NCBI GenBank assembly: GCA_964106915.2
Contig: OZ066920.1
DNA: 64,000 bases
DNA from: Podarcis gaigeae
Lineage: Eukaryota
Reading direction: 5' to 3' (one strand)
A program made the position numbers and the translations under genes. Each line of letters opens with the position of its first letter. Position 1 is the stretch's first letter. The notes below the pieces were generated by a model. The model was not told the origin of the DNA, made no database searches, and was given only the letters and a program-made list of their open reading frames with translations. Of this stretch, positions 63,876 to 64,000 are shown in pieces.

Positions 63876-64000
63876 GTTACAGATAGGTAGCCGTGTTGGT
63901 CTGCCATAGTCAAAATAAAACAAAAAAATTTTCCTTCCAGTAGCACCTTAAAGACCAACTAAGTTAGTTCTTGGTATGAGCTTTCGTGTGCATGCACACT
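63876..64000 (-). mobile_element. Penelope-like element terminus with partial hammerhead motif, cut by window edge
   Basis: Matches 15368-15532; minus strand reads AGTGTGCATGCACAC-GAAA-GCTC. Confidence 0.7.

Overview
This is vertebrate genomic DNA from a squamate reptile; the SINE and LINE repertoire suggests a lacertid-type lizard (inference). The window lies inside the variable region of a clustered protocadherin-gamma locus transcribed on the minus strand. It holds nine intact ~2.4-2.5 kb variable exons (seven gammaA-like, two gammaB-like), each encoding signal peptide, EC1-EC6, TM and variable cytoplasmic domain (VCD). Each exon ends in a phase-0 GT donor and has a CSE/CTCF promoter element 182-236 bp upstream of its ATG. 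No constant exons are visible; they should lie left of position 1. There are also two pseudogene relics, a 183-N gap, and many CR1, L2, BovB, Penelope, SINE, MITE and solo-LTR insertions. The most striking observation is a 90-bp palindromic MITE-like element inserted in frame in EC5 of the exon at 58789-61302. It enlarges a loop by 31 aa and supplies a new N-glycosylation sequon; non-coding relatives of the element occur elsewhere in the window. Other highlights are patchwork gene conversion, a gammaB pair whose differences concentrate in EC2, CpG-less CSE cores in four promoters, and a triple-nested TE. Repeat family names come from recalled motifs, not from a database search.
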